Positions 39,570 through 51,138 of a stretch of 64,000 nt of DNA are shown here, in pieces. Both the position numbers and the translations under genes were made by a program. Within the stretch, counting starts at the first letter, position 1, and each line of letters starts with the position of its first letter. Under the pieces are notes generated by a model, which had not been told where the DNA came from, did no database searches, and worked only from the letters and a program-made list of their open reading frames with translations. The DNA comes from Zootoca vivipara (Eukaryota): contig NC_083276.1 of the NCBI RefSeq assembly GCF_963506605.1, positions 83,390,001-83,454,000 of the forward strand, written 5' to 3'.

Positions 39570-40452
39570 AGTCTTATAAAACTTACGTTTGGATGCAGCT
39601 TATTATTCCAAAAAGACTGGTTGATTTTCCTTTCTTTAAACAAGTGGTTACCAATTAGAGGTCCGGGGACCCCTGGGGGTCCGCAGAATGCACCCAGGGG
39701 GTCCATGGCCCCATCCCTTGCTCCCCCCCAATTATTTTTTGGTCATTTTTGCATGGTAATATCACAAATTTTATGGTCTGTTTTAGTGCCGTGTGATTTT
39801 TCAATATATTGGCCAAAACTGGTTTTTTTAAATTAAAAAAATATTTTAATTAAAGATTTTCTTGGTTTACAAAAGTACATGCCTTGTCTCTTTTTTTCAG
39901 GTTGTACAGTCTTTCTTACAAATCAGTTATATTGGTTTTGAAATCACACCATGATAACGATTTTGACCTGGCAATTCACAGCAATATATCGCTCCTAGCA
40001 TGATATTGCTACTGATTTGAGCTGCCTTCCCTCATGCTGAGGGAAAACAGGAAAGGTGATTGCCTTCGCTTCAAGGCACCATGGCACTACCTTCCCCTGG
40101 CACTGAGTGAGGCGGAACAGCTTTTTTAAGTCAGCAGGAAAGCAGCAGCCACAGTGGCAGCTTGATCCCCATCCCCTCCCCCTCCCACTCAACCCATGCA
40201 GTGGAGGTGACTCTGCTTCCTTTCCTCCCCCTACCCATTCGATCTCTGCAGCTGTTCTTCCCCTCATCCCCACGCCTGATCTGCACCCACCCCACCTGCC
40301 CAATCTCCATGAATGCTCTTTCCCTTATCCCCACGCCTGATCCCCAATTTCAGACCTTGTGATATTTCAGAATATCACCGTGTTTAGCTGCTGATATATC
40401 ACAATGTTGAAAATGAGATATTGCTCAGCCCAAGTTTGTTTTTTTAAGTATA

Positions 40453-40685
40453 CGAAAGCACGTCAAAATGCAAGTAGATAAATAGGAACCGCTACAGCGG
40501 GAAAGTAAACGGCGTTTCCATGTGCTGCTCTGGTTTGCCAGAAGCGGCTTTGTCATGCTGGCCACATGACCTGGATGCTGTACGCCGGCTCCCTCGGCCA
40601 ATAATACGAGATGAGCGCGCAACCCCAGAGTTGGTCACGACTGGACCTAATGGTCAGGGGTCCCTTTACCTTTACCTTTACCTTT
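40453..40685 (+). mobile_element. 5'-truncated Sauria SINE
   Basis: Homologous to 38137-38370; (CCTTTA)n tail. Confidence 0.85.
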
Positions 40686-40697
40686 AAAATCCTCTGC

Positions 40698-40777
40698 AGG
40701 AGGCAGTGGAAGACAGGAGTGCCTGGCATGCTGTGGTCCATGGGGTCACGAAGAGTCGGACATGACTAAACAACAAC
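40698..40777 (+). mobile_element. Bov-B 3'-end insertion
   Basis: Same 3' end as 1077-1151 with (CAA)n; TSD AATCCTCTGC (40688-40697, 40778-40787). Confidence 0.85.
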
Positions 40778-42119
40778 AATCCTCTGCTTACTAAGGGCTA
40801 CCACCCCATAATTGTTAAAAAAAAATTGCTTTGCAGAGGTCACTACCATAGAGTTAGCAGCGTAGCAAGCCCCCGGGGTGGGGCAAGTTGCCAGAACTGT
40901 GTCCCTCCCAGCGCCCTCCACGTGGAGGGCCGCTGAGTAGGATGCAGTGTGCATGCGCCAGCCAACCACTGCCTGCGAAAACAGGCAGCTCTGATACCCT
41001 GCAGTCACTCACAGTCACCCTCCTGCTGGAGGGCAGCTGAGGGGGAGGTGGCAGGCGGATGCCAGCCCCATGCTGCTTTTTCACTCCCAGGAGAGATGCC
41101 ATGGCTTGGGCACACTGCAGGCCCAGCCCCACTCCCGGTGCCAGTGCATGCCAGTTGCATCCTTCTCAGCTGCTATTTGGAGGCTGGGTGGGTGGGGGGA
41201 GATGCAGCAGCTCAGCGCACTAAGAGCCCAGCCCCAGGCTATGCTGCTTTCGGGAGCAGCGCACCGGGCTCTGGGGTGCCTGGACTTGCTCTTCACCTTA
41301 GGATCTGGCATGCCACCCCCAATGTAAGTGCCACCCGGGATTCCCGCCCCCCTGCTCCCTAGCTACACTACAAAATTTTCAAAAGGGTCCGTGGCTTGGC
41401 TTTTGAAAAAATAGGAGGTCCTCAGTAATTAGCTAATTGGGAACCACTGCTCTAAACGCAGACATTACTCAAAACACACACACTACACCTCAGTGGACAT
41501 GCTCATAGGCTGTTGGGGGTGGGGATGGAAAACTGTGGGAGAGATGGAGTGTCTGGAACCCAGAAGAGAAGCACTCCACGCAGCAACACTTTGTTGCAGA
41601 TTCAACAGGAAACAATTACGGTATCAGGCCCTGCTATAAATGGTTCAAAACAGCAGCAATTTCTTACAACACATCAATTTTTCACACTCTGATATTGTAC
41701 TGCAAATGTGCCTTCACTGGGCTCCACAGAGAACTCTGCATAATGAACTTATACAGCACCAAGCCTATATAGTTTTGCCCAGCCTAACTATGTCCTGACC
41801 TCTGTTAATGATCCCGAAGTGCTACTACAAAAGCAACAAGCCGCTGCATTTTCAATTCTTGCCCTCCCAGCCCAGGCTGCAATGCTAAGCACGTTTTCGA
41901 GGGAATAAGCTCCACTGAGCACACTGGGACTTACTCCTGAGGATCACACTGGCATTCTCCGAGGCAAACTCCTTTGTCTTAAGCAACATGAATTATTGAG
42001 AGCTGGCCTAAGTATCACCGTGGCTTGGATATCCTTCCTGAGCTACATGCTTGCAATGGAACACACCGTGGCCTGACCTGCGCCTTTTGTTCCGAATCAG
42101 TGAAGAGGTGGATCAATAA

Positions 42120-42205
42120 CAGGCATTGGCTCCACTTTCCGCCCATCCCAGCAGGACCTGGGTGCAGCCAATCGCGTGAACCCACAGAGGAGCATTTTAA
42201 GCAAG
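42120..42205 (+). promoter_or_regulatory. GPX2 proximal promoter candidate
   Basis: Reverse CCAAT 42125-42129, GC box 42139-42144 and CCAAT 42168-42172, within 130 bp of the ATG. Confidence 0.5.
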
Positions 42206-42251
42206 TCACTGTATCTGCAAGGGGCTCACTGCTACCCTGTTGCTTGCAGCC

Positions 42252-42476
42252 ATGATGACTCCCATAGCCAAATCTTTCTACGATCTCAACGCCACCGACC
42301 TCCAAGGGGAGAAGGTGGATTTCAACAACTTCAGAGGGAGGGTGGTCTTGATAGAAAACGTGGCCTCCCTCTGAGGCACAACGGTGAGGGATTACACCCA
42401 GATGAACCAGCTGCAGAGCAAATACCCTCGACGGTTGGTTGTGCTGGGTTTCCCTTGCAACCAGTTTGGCTACCAG
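42252..42476 (+). CDS. GPX2: Glutathione peroxidase 2, coding exon 1, with in-frame UGA = selenocysteine at 42372-42374
   Basis: [75 protein letters not shown]|gtaagt. GPX signatures NVASLUG and LGFPCNQF. The ORF track misses this exon because of the UGA. Confidence 0.97.
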
Positions 42477-42619
42477 GTAAGTGACCTGGTTCATTCTCTC
42501 TTTGGCCAGCCTTGACTGGCAAAAGATGGCTCCATCTCTCAGCCTTATACAAAGTCAGACCATCTGGCTCAGTATTGTTGACACTGACTGGTGGCATGGC
42601 GGCAGTCCAAATCTTTAGA

Positions 42620-42713
42620 CAGGTGTTTCCCAGCCCTACCTGGAGATGCCAGGGATTGAACCTGGGACCTTTTGCATGCAACGCAGATGCTCTTCTGCTG
42701 AGCTACAGCTCCT
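42620..42713 (-). mobile_element. tRNA-derived SINE head in the GPX2 intron
   Basis: Minus strand GGAGCTGTAGCTCAG...GGTTCAATCCCTGGCATCTCCAGG (A and B boxes) running on into a SINE body. Confidence 0.65.
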
Positions 42714-44674
42714 CCATCAAGTAAGCCCATTCTCTTCAATACACTATCATTATTTCTTTGTGGATCCTATACGCACTGGTTTGAGAAGTGAGGGATTGCA
42801 GCTCCTGTTAATTTAATGGGGCTTTGCTCCCAAGCAGATATTACACACAGGAGGGTCAAGATACATGTGTATTGCGTAGGAGGGATAATTTTACTTATCT
42901 GAAAGAGTTCTGGACTGTGACTTCTGAATAACTGTTCAATCCTGCAGGATTCTCAGGAGAAGAGAGCAGCAAAGTGCCAGGTGAATAAAATTCAAATTCA
43001 ATTCAAACAATTCAACTGCTATAAATTGAGACTTATTCTGGCTCTCCTGTTAAGAGATGCACATGTAATTTAGCATATTTATGACCCTATAATATTGTCA
43101 CTTTTAAAGGCATCACAAAGGCTTTATTTGGAGCAAAAATGTAGAAATTTATAAGAAAATGTCTGTGTACACATCATACATTTAAAGCACATGACTTCTC
43201 CCAAAGAATCATGGGAACTGTAGTTTGTTAAGGGTTTAGGGAAGTGTAGCTCTGCTAGAGGAAACTGGGTCACTCCATGATTCCAGAAAGCCATTATTAT
43301 CTATGCCAGTTACATTGTCTTTACTATTCCTATTATTATTTCATTTATGACACTCTACCCACCCTACAGTCTCAGGGTGGTGTTAAAAACAGTTTAAACT
43401 TACTATTACAAAAAATGCAATTATAAAAACTAATAAACAGTAACAAAAGCTCATACAATCACTTATGTTATATTTAGATTTCCAATCTTCTGCATTATAA
43501 ATATTAAAGGCCATTTTCCTTTTTAAAAAGGGGGGGGAATGCTTGATTCAAGAAGGTGTGTACCATCCGAAGATTGACTTATACTTTCTTCTGCTATCAA
43601 CTTAGATACACTGATTTATTTATTTTTACTTTTTCAGTTTTTTTTAGCTGCTTCATTGTAGGCATCTATTTTTTCATTAGGGATCAGTCAAGAGTTTAAT
43701 TCGGTCACCATTTGTCATCCTGGCACTTGCATCAGTTCCTGAGCTTGCCCTTAATCCATATGAAGATTTCTGTTGCCCATCATGCCAGGTGCCCAGGAAG
43801 GAAATTACTCATCGTCACTTGTTTGTACTGGGATAAACTTTGCTTTGCTTGCGCTAGCACACTAAACACGAGTCCCTTTCACTGCAGGCAGCAGAGAAGA
43901 TGGTAGAAGTAGCTCTCATCAGTCTAGCAGCCAGCTATGAGGATTTTGTAAGGATGTTTGCAGACATGGGAGCAATTTGCAACAGGACCGTTTGTCTCGC
44001 CAAGGCTGCTGCTACTTGAGTGTAAATCCCCCTGAACAAGGAATTCCTGCTGAGTAAACAGGCACAGGATTGCTCTATAAATTGCAAACCTAAAATAGGT
44101 AGCCCTGATTAGAATGACAGAACTGAGAAAGACCTAAGGTCATTGCCAATCAACACTCTCAAACTGTCTCTGTGCTGTCTCCAGCAGGCAGCTCCTTCCT
44201 CAGTGCCAAACACTGAACACAAAGGACCTGAATATAAAACAAATGCCATTGGCCAGCCTACCCAAGGAGAAAATATTCTTGGCACTGAACCACAAATGCA
44301 CCACACTTATTTCCAGTTGTGGAAACCTAACACCCTAGAATAGAGATAACTAGTTATCCCCCCCCCCCCGAGCCACAGTCACTCTTGGCCAATCATCTGG
44401 TGGCCTCATGCTGCAGAGGGGCAAGCCGCTCCTCTGCCACACATGCAACCCACACTCCTCGTCACCCCAGATAGGATCCATATAAGAAGGTTTGAAAACA
44501 AAAGACTTTTTTTTAAAAAAAAAGTTCACTGCACGTAGCACTTGACAGAATCCAGCCAACTTGAGAGTCAGTATTCTACAATTCCAGAAATACTTCTAGA
44601 GTCTAGTAGCATCTGTGGGAGGGGGATACTGCAATATGCTAAAAGAACAGGAAAATCATCTCACCGGTCAAAAT

Positions 44675-44858
44675 GAATCATAGAGTTGGAAGAGACCACA
44701 AGGGCCATCCAGTCCAACCCCCTGCCAAGCAGGAAACACCATCAAAGCATTCCTGACAGATGGCTGCCAAGCCTCTGCTTAAAGACCCCCAAAGAAGGAG
44801 ACTCCACCACACTCCTTGGCAGCAAATTCCACTGTCGAACAGCTCTTACTGTCAGTAA
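44675..44858 (-). mobile_element. CR1 LINE 3' fragment
   Basis: Reverse complement of about 39385-39568. Confidence 0.88.
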
Positions 44859-45181
44859 GATGATTTGAAACCAATTATTGCTTATAAACACATATATGAA
44901 ACTCTTGCCTTGAAAGCAACGAGAGTCCTTGTTTCTTACATCTGTTCTAGGGAGCCTGCCCCAGAATGTTGTGCAATATCCTCTTGTATGAGCTTCAGCC
45001 CCTGCAAGGAAGACCCTTTCACATAAGTCAAACCAGCCATGCATTTGAGCATAGCAGGAACCAAAGCAAGATTGCGTCCAAAGTGCTCTGCTGGTTCCGC
45101 TAAGTGCAGCAGGGAATAGACTGAGCTTGATCTGTACAGGGCATCCCAATGTTCATTGTGCTTCCCACTTCTCTCCATCAG

Positions 45182-45532
45182 GAGAACTGCACGAATGAAG
45201 AGATCCTCAACAGCCTGAAGTATGTGCGGCCTGGGTCCGGATTCGAACCCAACTTTACCCTTTGCCAGAAATGCGAGGTGAACGGCAAGAACACCCACTC
45301 CGTCTTTGCCTACTTGAAGGACAAACTTCCTTACCCAGATGACAACCCTTCCTGTTTCATGATGGAGCCTAAGTTCATCATTTGGAGCCCGGTGCACCGC
45401 CATGACATCTCCTGGAACTTTGAGAAGTTCCTGGTGGGGCCCGAAGGCGAGCCTTTCAAGCGCTACAGCCCCCGATTCCTCACCACCAACATCGAGCCTG
45501 ACATCCAGCGCCTCCTGAAGCTTGCCAAATAA
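45182..45532 (+). CDS. GPX2: GPX2 coding exon 2 (terminal)
   Basis: cag|[25 protein letters not shown]...[15 protein letters not shown]...IQRLLKLAK*; catalytic WNF motif. Protein total 191 aa. Confidence 0.97.
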   Translation, partial: ENCTNEEILNSLKYVRPGSGFEPNFTLCQKCEVNGKNTHSVFAYLKDKLPYPDDNPSCFMMEPKFIIWSPVHRHDISWNFEKFLVGPEGEPFKRYSPRFLTTNIEPDIQRLLKLAK

Positions 45533-45581
45533 GAGAACAAGCATTCCCAAGATTATTCCAGTGGAGACTGGTCCGTTAGGG

Positions 45582-45719
45582 CAGTGTTTCTCAACCAGTG
45601 TGCCTCCAGATGTTTTGGGACTACAACTCCCATCATTTCTGACCACTGGTCTTGCTAGCTAGGGATGATGGGAGTTGTAGTCCCAAAACATCTGGAGGCA
45701 CACTGGTTGAGAAACACTG
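45582..45719. mobile_element. Palindromic hAT MITE in the GPX2 3'UTR
   Basis: Perfect 55-bp inverted arms (45582-45636 / 45665-45719); exact 8-bp TSD CGTTAGGG (45574-45581, 45720-45727). Confidence 0.95.
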
Positions 45720-46125
45720 CGTTAGGGCAACCTCAGCCTGCCTTCACCTTATTTCTTACAAATGCCCCGAGAGGTGGCACGGCCCGTCAGCTTCCTCCTC
45801 TTCCTTCTCCGTTTTGCTCTTGTAGAACTCAGAAGGAAGGAGGCAAAACTAGAGTTAGTGGGCTCTGTCTGTCATTGGCCCTGGCCCCACTTAACTGTCG
45901 ATCTCCCCGCATTTGGCCCCAATGGGCACCAGACACCACTGGATTATTCTAAGTGTCTTGATGGAGCAAGGCGGGTCATAAGAATGGCTTGACGTTCACT
46001 GCGCTGTGATCATGGGTGTCTCCTCCCTGCCCACCTGTAGAAATACCCCCACGCCCCAACTCCCTCATCTTCTTTCTGGGTATATCAGGTGCTTCCTCCC
46101 AGCTCCTGACAGAGCCAACATCAGA

Positions 46126-46186
46126 CTTTTACTGAGTGACGGTGCCCTCCTAAAGCTCCATGGAGGGGGCCTGAAAGGTGTAAAGG
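46126..46186 (+). promoter_or_regulatory. SECIS element (form 1, GUGA_AA_GA core) of GPX2
   Basis: Helix I CUUUUAC/GUAAAGG; core G-UGAC (46136-46140) opposite UGAA (46172-46175); helix II GGUGCCCUCC/GGAGGGGGCC; apical AAA (46152-46154) 11 nt after the core. Confidence 0.88.
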
Positions 46187-46236
46187 TGCTGATCCCCTGG
46201 CCTTTGCTTGCTGGGCACTCCTTGTTTCATAAGTCC

Positions 46237-46242
46237 AATAAA
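46237..46242 (+). terminator. GPX2 polyadenylation signal
   Basis: AATAAA 50 nt after the SECIS, followed by a T-rich downstream element. Confidence 0.75.
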
Positions 46243-48176
46243 TGAGTTGAAGAATCCCTTGTTTTCTTATCACACACTTTTAAAATGGTTGCTTTTGCTT
46301 CCTAGGCTGAAAAAACCAAAAACCACAACTCTTTCCCATTTCTGGCCTTCGATGTCCTTTTTATTCCCATTTCCCATAAATCGTGGCATTAAACAAAGCA
46401 GTATGTGTACAATACCAGGCACTGGGGGCCATTTATTAGCTTAATATTTCTGTCCTTCCACATCCCCCAATGGCTCCAACCATTCAAATGAAAAATGACC
46501 CTAAACTCTGCTAGGTAAAAGCATTCCCTGCCACAATTCATGATTTCTCCCCGTGAGAGTATAGACTTAACAAATATGACTTGCAGTATTCTATCAGCCC
46601 CCTTTGTCTTAAGATACTGTATTGGGACTATACCTGGTTAGAAAATTTACATGCTGCCCCAGCTCCACGCAGGAAGTATTAAAATGCCCAGCTTTGTTAA
46701 CACATATTGCAAGAGCAGCACAAATAAATTGAGTTTTGCTCCTAACCAAAGTAAACCATAATACCAGTTGCTGGAAACCACAGGAGGAGAATGCTCTGAT
46801 GCTCAGCTCCTGCTTACAGGCTTTCCATAAGCATCTGTCGGCAATGTGAGATCAGAAGGCTAGACTCGATCCAGAAAGCTCTTATGTTCTCATTATCACT
46901 CAATGCAGGTGGCAGAAACTCTTCCTAATCCAGGGGAAAATCAGGCAATTATGATTCTAATTTTATAGAATCTACCACCTCTACTTCTGATTATATCGCT
47001 TTCAGCGGTACCAAACCTCCTGCTTCTGTCCTGCCGGCTGAACTCAGGTGAGCCATTTAAGTCACTGCTATTTCTCTTTATATGCTTTTCCTGTTCACAT
47101 CCAACTCATTAGAACCTGCTCTACTCTTTACCATACTCTTATGCACATCTCAGGAAACATCCATCAGCCTCTGCCATCTCATAAGAACATTCTTTATATC
47201 ATAATTTACTCTGTTTAACCTAGGGCAAATAAAATGCGAAGTGTCCCAATCTAGGATTTGGGTTTGAGGGGCATGCACCTGGGACCCACTGCAGAAACGC
47301 TGACCTGGTCTCATGAATTCTGCAGGCGGATGAAATGTCTGCAGTTCTGTTTATCATTCCTCCACCACCACCACCCTCCGCTTTCATCTGACAGTGGCAG
47401 ACTGCAGCACTCCCCATCGCTGGCACTCTGTCCAAACAGCCAGGGAGAGGTGGCCACACAGGTAAAGCAGAATTTTGGAGTGCAGAATCACTCCAAAAAC
47501 AGTCAAGGTAAATGAGAGGGCACGAAGCAGGTGCAAAAGGAGATGTCTGAGTTAGGAAATGGTAAACCTGAGTATGTCTTGACAAAATGCCTTTTGCTTA
47601 AGGAGAGTTAAGGAGAGGCTAGTCTGATGTATGCCAGACCTGCACAGGAGATTTAATTGCTGAGATTCATTATGATCATTTAAATAAGCCCTGCTTCCCT
47701 GCACCTGGGCTTGCCACAGCACAAACTATAAAGTAGAGATGCCCCCCCCCCCGTCACAATACAGCTTATCTTAATATGCTGTATGGAACAAGACCAGCTT
47801 TTGCAAACTGGGTCAGCTGTACAATGCAACATGACTTCCATTTAAAGCAAGGCCTGGTCTTAACAGGAGTCACAATGCCAGATGGATGAAGAGGGAGATT
47901 CAACGCTCGCCATGTCTTGCCGCTGTCCACCTGGATGACCCTAGGAGAGTCTATGCTCTTCAGGTATCGCATAATCATAAAAATCTATATATATTTTAAA
48001 ATGTAGAAGGTGCGTGTTTGTTATTCCACACCTTTCTCCACAACCGCTTGCCCAATCGGGCTCAACTTTGCCCACAAAAACCGAAGTCACATGTGGGGGT
48101 GTAACCACCCACTTACATTGACCAGATGACACACCAAGCACAGGTACCGTAGAAACCTGGATTTCTGTACAAAAAA

Positions 48177-48326
48177 GTGCTCCCTCCAGTGGATATCCGG
48201 GGAAGCTGGGAAATACAGTAGAAGGCAGAAGAGGTTGCAATACAGCGCCCTCTAGCGGTGGCTACACTGGTACTACAGCTAGAAAACCTTGGCCCTCTAT
48301 TGGAGGCTACACTCGTACTGCAGCTA
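48177..48326 (-). promoter_or_regulatory. Cluster of CTCF-like motifs
   Basis: Minus-strand cores CCACTGGAGGGAGC, CCGCTAGAGGGCGC and CCAATAGAGGGCCA compared with consensus CCASYAGRKGGCRS. Confidence 0.55.
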
Positions 48327-49962
48327 CTAGGCCAAATGGAGGTAGGGACTCGCCTGGGTGTGGGTTGGGGGCAGAAGGGGACGGGATAGGTCATGGATTG
48401 GGACAGAGTGGGGGGAACCACAGGGATGAGACACAGCAACGCATGGCCTGGCCAGCTAGTCAATAATAAAAGTATGCTGCGGACCACAAAGAAAGGATGG
48501 GCATTTTGCACATCAACACAGCCCCGGTTCTTTGCAGGGTCATTATTTCCAATGCATCCCTTGCGCTGTTGATTGAATGAGGTGGCTGCTGTAGTTTTCT
48601 TCGTGCACTTCAGAAAATCAAGGCCTGTTTACTGTATTTACAGCACCGCATTTCATGGCAAGTCCTTCAGCAGGAATGAGGAGACAGGGGCCTGCCACTA
48701 TCACATTTTTTACTGGTTGCACTTCCCCTGAAGTGCTTTAAGTGCAAGAGGAAAGAAACACAGACATCTAATGAGTCAGGGCCTGCTAGACCCCTCCCCC
48801 CTTTTAGTCTAAAATATAAATAAATCTATGAAGCGCATTACAGACTCCATTTAGCCAGGCCTTCCAGGAATGAAAATCAATACAGGTCCAAGAAACTAAC
48901 ACTAAGTGGCAAGAACAGAGGGTTTCCTTCAGAGCAGGGAGAGCAATGTGCAATTCTGCTCAAGGAAGTGCTGGCTAGTGTAACACTTTATTTAAAAATG
49001 GGGCACATTCTTTAAAAAGTTGCTTTTGCAGGAGCCAGCACAAGAAGTCCTGCTAACACAACAAGGCTTCTACACCTCCCTCCCCCAAAATCAGCACTGT
49101 GGGGTTGGGAGAACCACCAGAACAGTACACAGGGAAAGAAGAGAGGGGATTGTTCGATCTGGCAAGCAAAAAATTCTTGTGCTGATGGGATAATCCTAAT
49201 AGCGCAAGGTTGAATCCCACACAATGGGTGTAGCTCAGGCTCATTTGCCTCATTTATTTCAATGGGACAGAAGCATAAGCTGTATTGTACCTACTATGCT
49301 GTCCAACAAGATGGCTAAAATATGCTTTATTTTCGCCATGAAGCTTGTCAGTGTACCCTTGCAATTTTCTAGTGTGTCCGGTTAGCCATTTAGGAAAGAA
49401 ATAGTTCCATCACCATGGGTTTAAAGAAAGCTTTAATTCCGAATGCAGGAACTGTCTTGCTGGATCACACCAAAGACCCATCTCATCAAGCACTAGCAGC
49501 CTTTGTCCTCAGAGTTGCTTGCTTTGAAATCAGTGTTTAAAATCAGCAGAGTTTTGAAAGGCTCAGTCCACTATCGCGATTCAAAGTGGCATCCAATAGT
49601 TTTCAAACACAGATGAAAACCTGCTCCTTGATCTCAGAAACCACCATGCAAAATTTGATGTCAAAATGCATAGCGAACAAAACAACTTTCCAAAATATAT
49701 AGTACATTACACTTCCAAAATGGGCAATCCAGAGGCTGATACTCAAGAGTTATCAGAAGCAGTGGCTGAAAAGTTACAGCACTTGGCTTTGTTCTTGAAG
49801 GGCAACTTCACATTTTACTCAGCCTCACACCAGATCCTCCCCACCCCCCGCCTAATTTCACAACCCAACCAAAGCCAGGTAGAACTAGACAAGGACCACA
49901 GGCTGGTACTGAATCAGGACAGAACTGTGTTAACCTAAAACACTAACACACTTCAGGTGTTA

Positions 49963-49984
49963 AGTAGTAGTAGTAGTAGTAGTA

Positions 49985-50037
<53 letters not shown>

Positions 50038-50302
50038 TTTATTTATACCCCCGCCCTTCCCAGTCAAGACGGCTAACAACAAGAATATCAAAGCAAGCAT
50101 AAAAGAAACAATTCAATTAAAATGCAGATTAAATACAATGTTAAAATTCAATTTTAAAATTAGGAATCTACAAGTGCAACCTCATTTAAATATCTGTAGG
50201 ATAAAGCCTTAGGGGAGGGTAACACCGGGGTCAAACTGAGTCAGTCCAAAGGCCAAGCGGAACAGCTCCATCTTGCAGGCCCTACGAAAAGATGACAACT
50301 CC
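49963..50302 (-). mobile_element. L2 3' fragment with (TAG)n(TAA)n tail
   Basis: Homologous to the 3' end of the L2 at 22575-22862. Confidence 0.85.
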
Positions 50303-50588
50303 TGAGAGAGACTAGGGGAACCTTTGTGTGGGGAACCTTTGGCCCGTCAGATGTTGCTGAGCTACAACTCCCATCAGCCCCATCTAGCATGGCCAATGGC
50401 CAGAGATAATGGAAGTTGTAGTACAGCAACATCAGAAAGGCCAAAGGAACCCAACACCTGCCATACTTGAGCCAATTCACTAAATATATAACACTGATAA
50501 AGACTTTTCCTGACACAGAAAAGGAAATAATCTGGGCAGTTCCAAAATCGGACAAATGCTTCCACACTGGTGGCTAGCAGTTAACATC

Positions 50589-50594
50589 TTTATT
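50589..50594 (-). terminator. Candidate CHURC1 polyadenylation signal
   Basis: AATAAA on the minus strand about 450 nt after the stop; more distal candidates also exist (for example 49326-49331). Confidence 0.5.
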
Positions 50595-51045
50595 CATCTA
50601 GCAAAACACAGTTCAGCTCGTAGACAGAAATGGCGAAAACTCTGAACAGTTCTTGCCCATCAACTTTCTTTCCTGAAGATTTTCTATTATCCCTCAGATG
50701 CTGTTATCATTTCTGCATGAAGCCAACTGCAGAACACCCCCTCTCAGAATTATTATTTTTGTTTCTCCTACCAAAGCCAGCTGACAATGAGTCCTAAAAA
50801 TTAGGCCCTAAAGCCAGCACAGAGGAAATTGGCTTCTTTATCACCTACAAGTTTAGGAAGCAGTATGTACCTATCGTGGAGAGGAGGACAGGTAAGCAGC
50901 TTGTATTGTAACTTAAAAACATGGAGGGGGGTTATATCACTTGACTCTGCATGGGCTGAACAGGATCCCCCCTCCAAAAAAATTCCATATTTCATGACTT
51001 GCTGTTAAAAAATTAACATGATACAATCGGCTAAAAACAAGAGGC

Positions 51046-51138
51046 TCAGAACAATGGAGTCATCAGATGAGGATCGTCTGGCAAGACACTGATAGAATCT
51101 TCTGCCCTGCCACAGAGCATGCACAGCATGGTGTATTC
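51046..51138 (-). CDS. CHURC1: Churchill, coding exon 4 (terminal)
   Basis: tag|[30 protein letters not shown]. Exons total 339 nt = 112 aa + stop. Confidence 0.96.
   Translation of the reverse strand, partial: EYTMLCMLCGRAEDSISVLPDDPHLMTPLF

Larger units (their letters stand above)
39642..41449. mobile_element. 1.8-kb hAT-bounded element containing nested insertions
   Basis: TIRs AAGTGGTTACCAATTAG / CTAATTGGGAACCACTG (15/17 match); TSD CTTTAAAC / CTCTAAAC (7/8); GGGTCC subterminal repeats. Confidence 0.65.

Noticed and set aside
42372-42374. GPX2 as a pseudogene with a premature stop
   Set aside because: The TGA is at the catalytic Sec position, the rest of the frame and splice sites are intact, and a SECIS is present.
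42620-42713. tRNA gene
   Set aside because: A and B boxes are present but the stems are degenerate and it continues into a SINE body.
44936-45646. 236-aa minus-strand ORF
   Set aside because: Antisense shadow of GPX2 exon 2 that starts inside a MITE; no recognisable domain.
47766-47978. Possible extra minus-strand exon after an acceptor-like CTCTCCTAG near 47941
   Set aside because: No recognisable homology or convincing donor; cannot be supported without RNA data.
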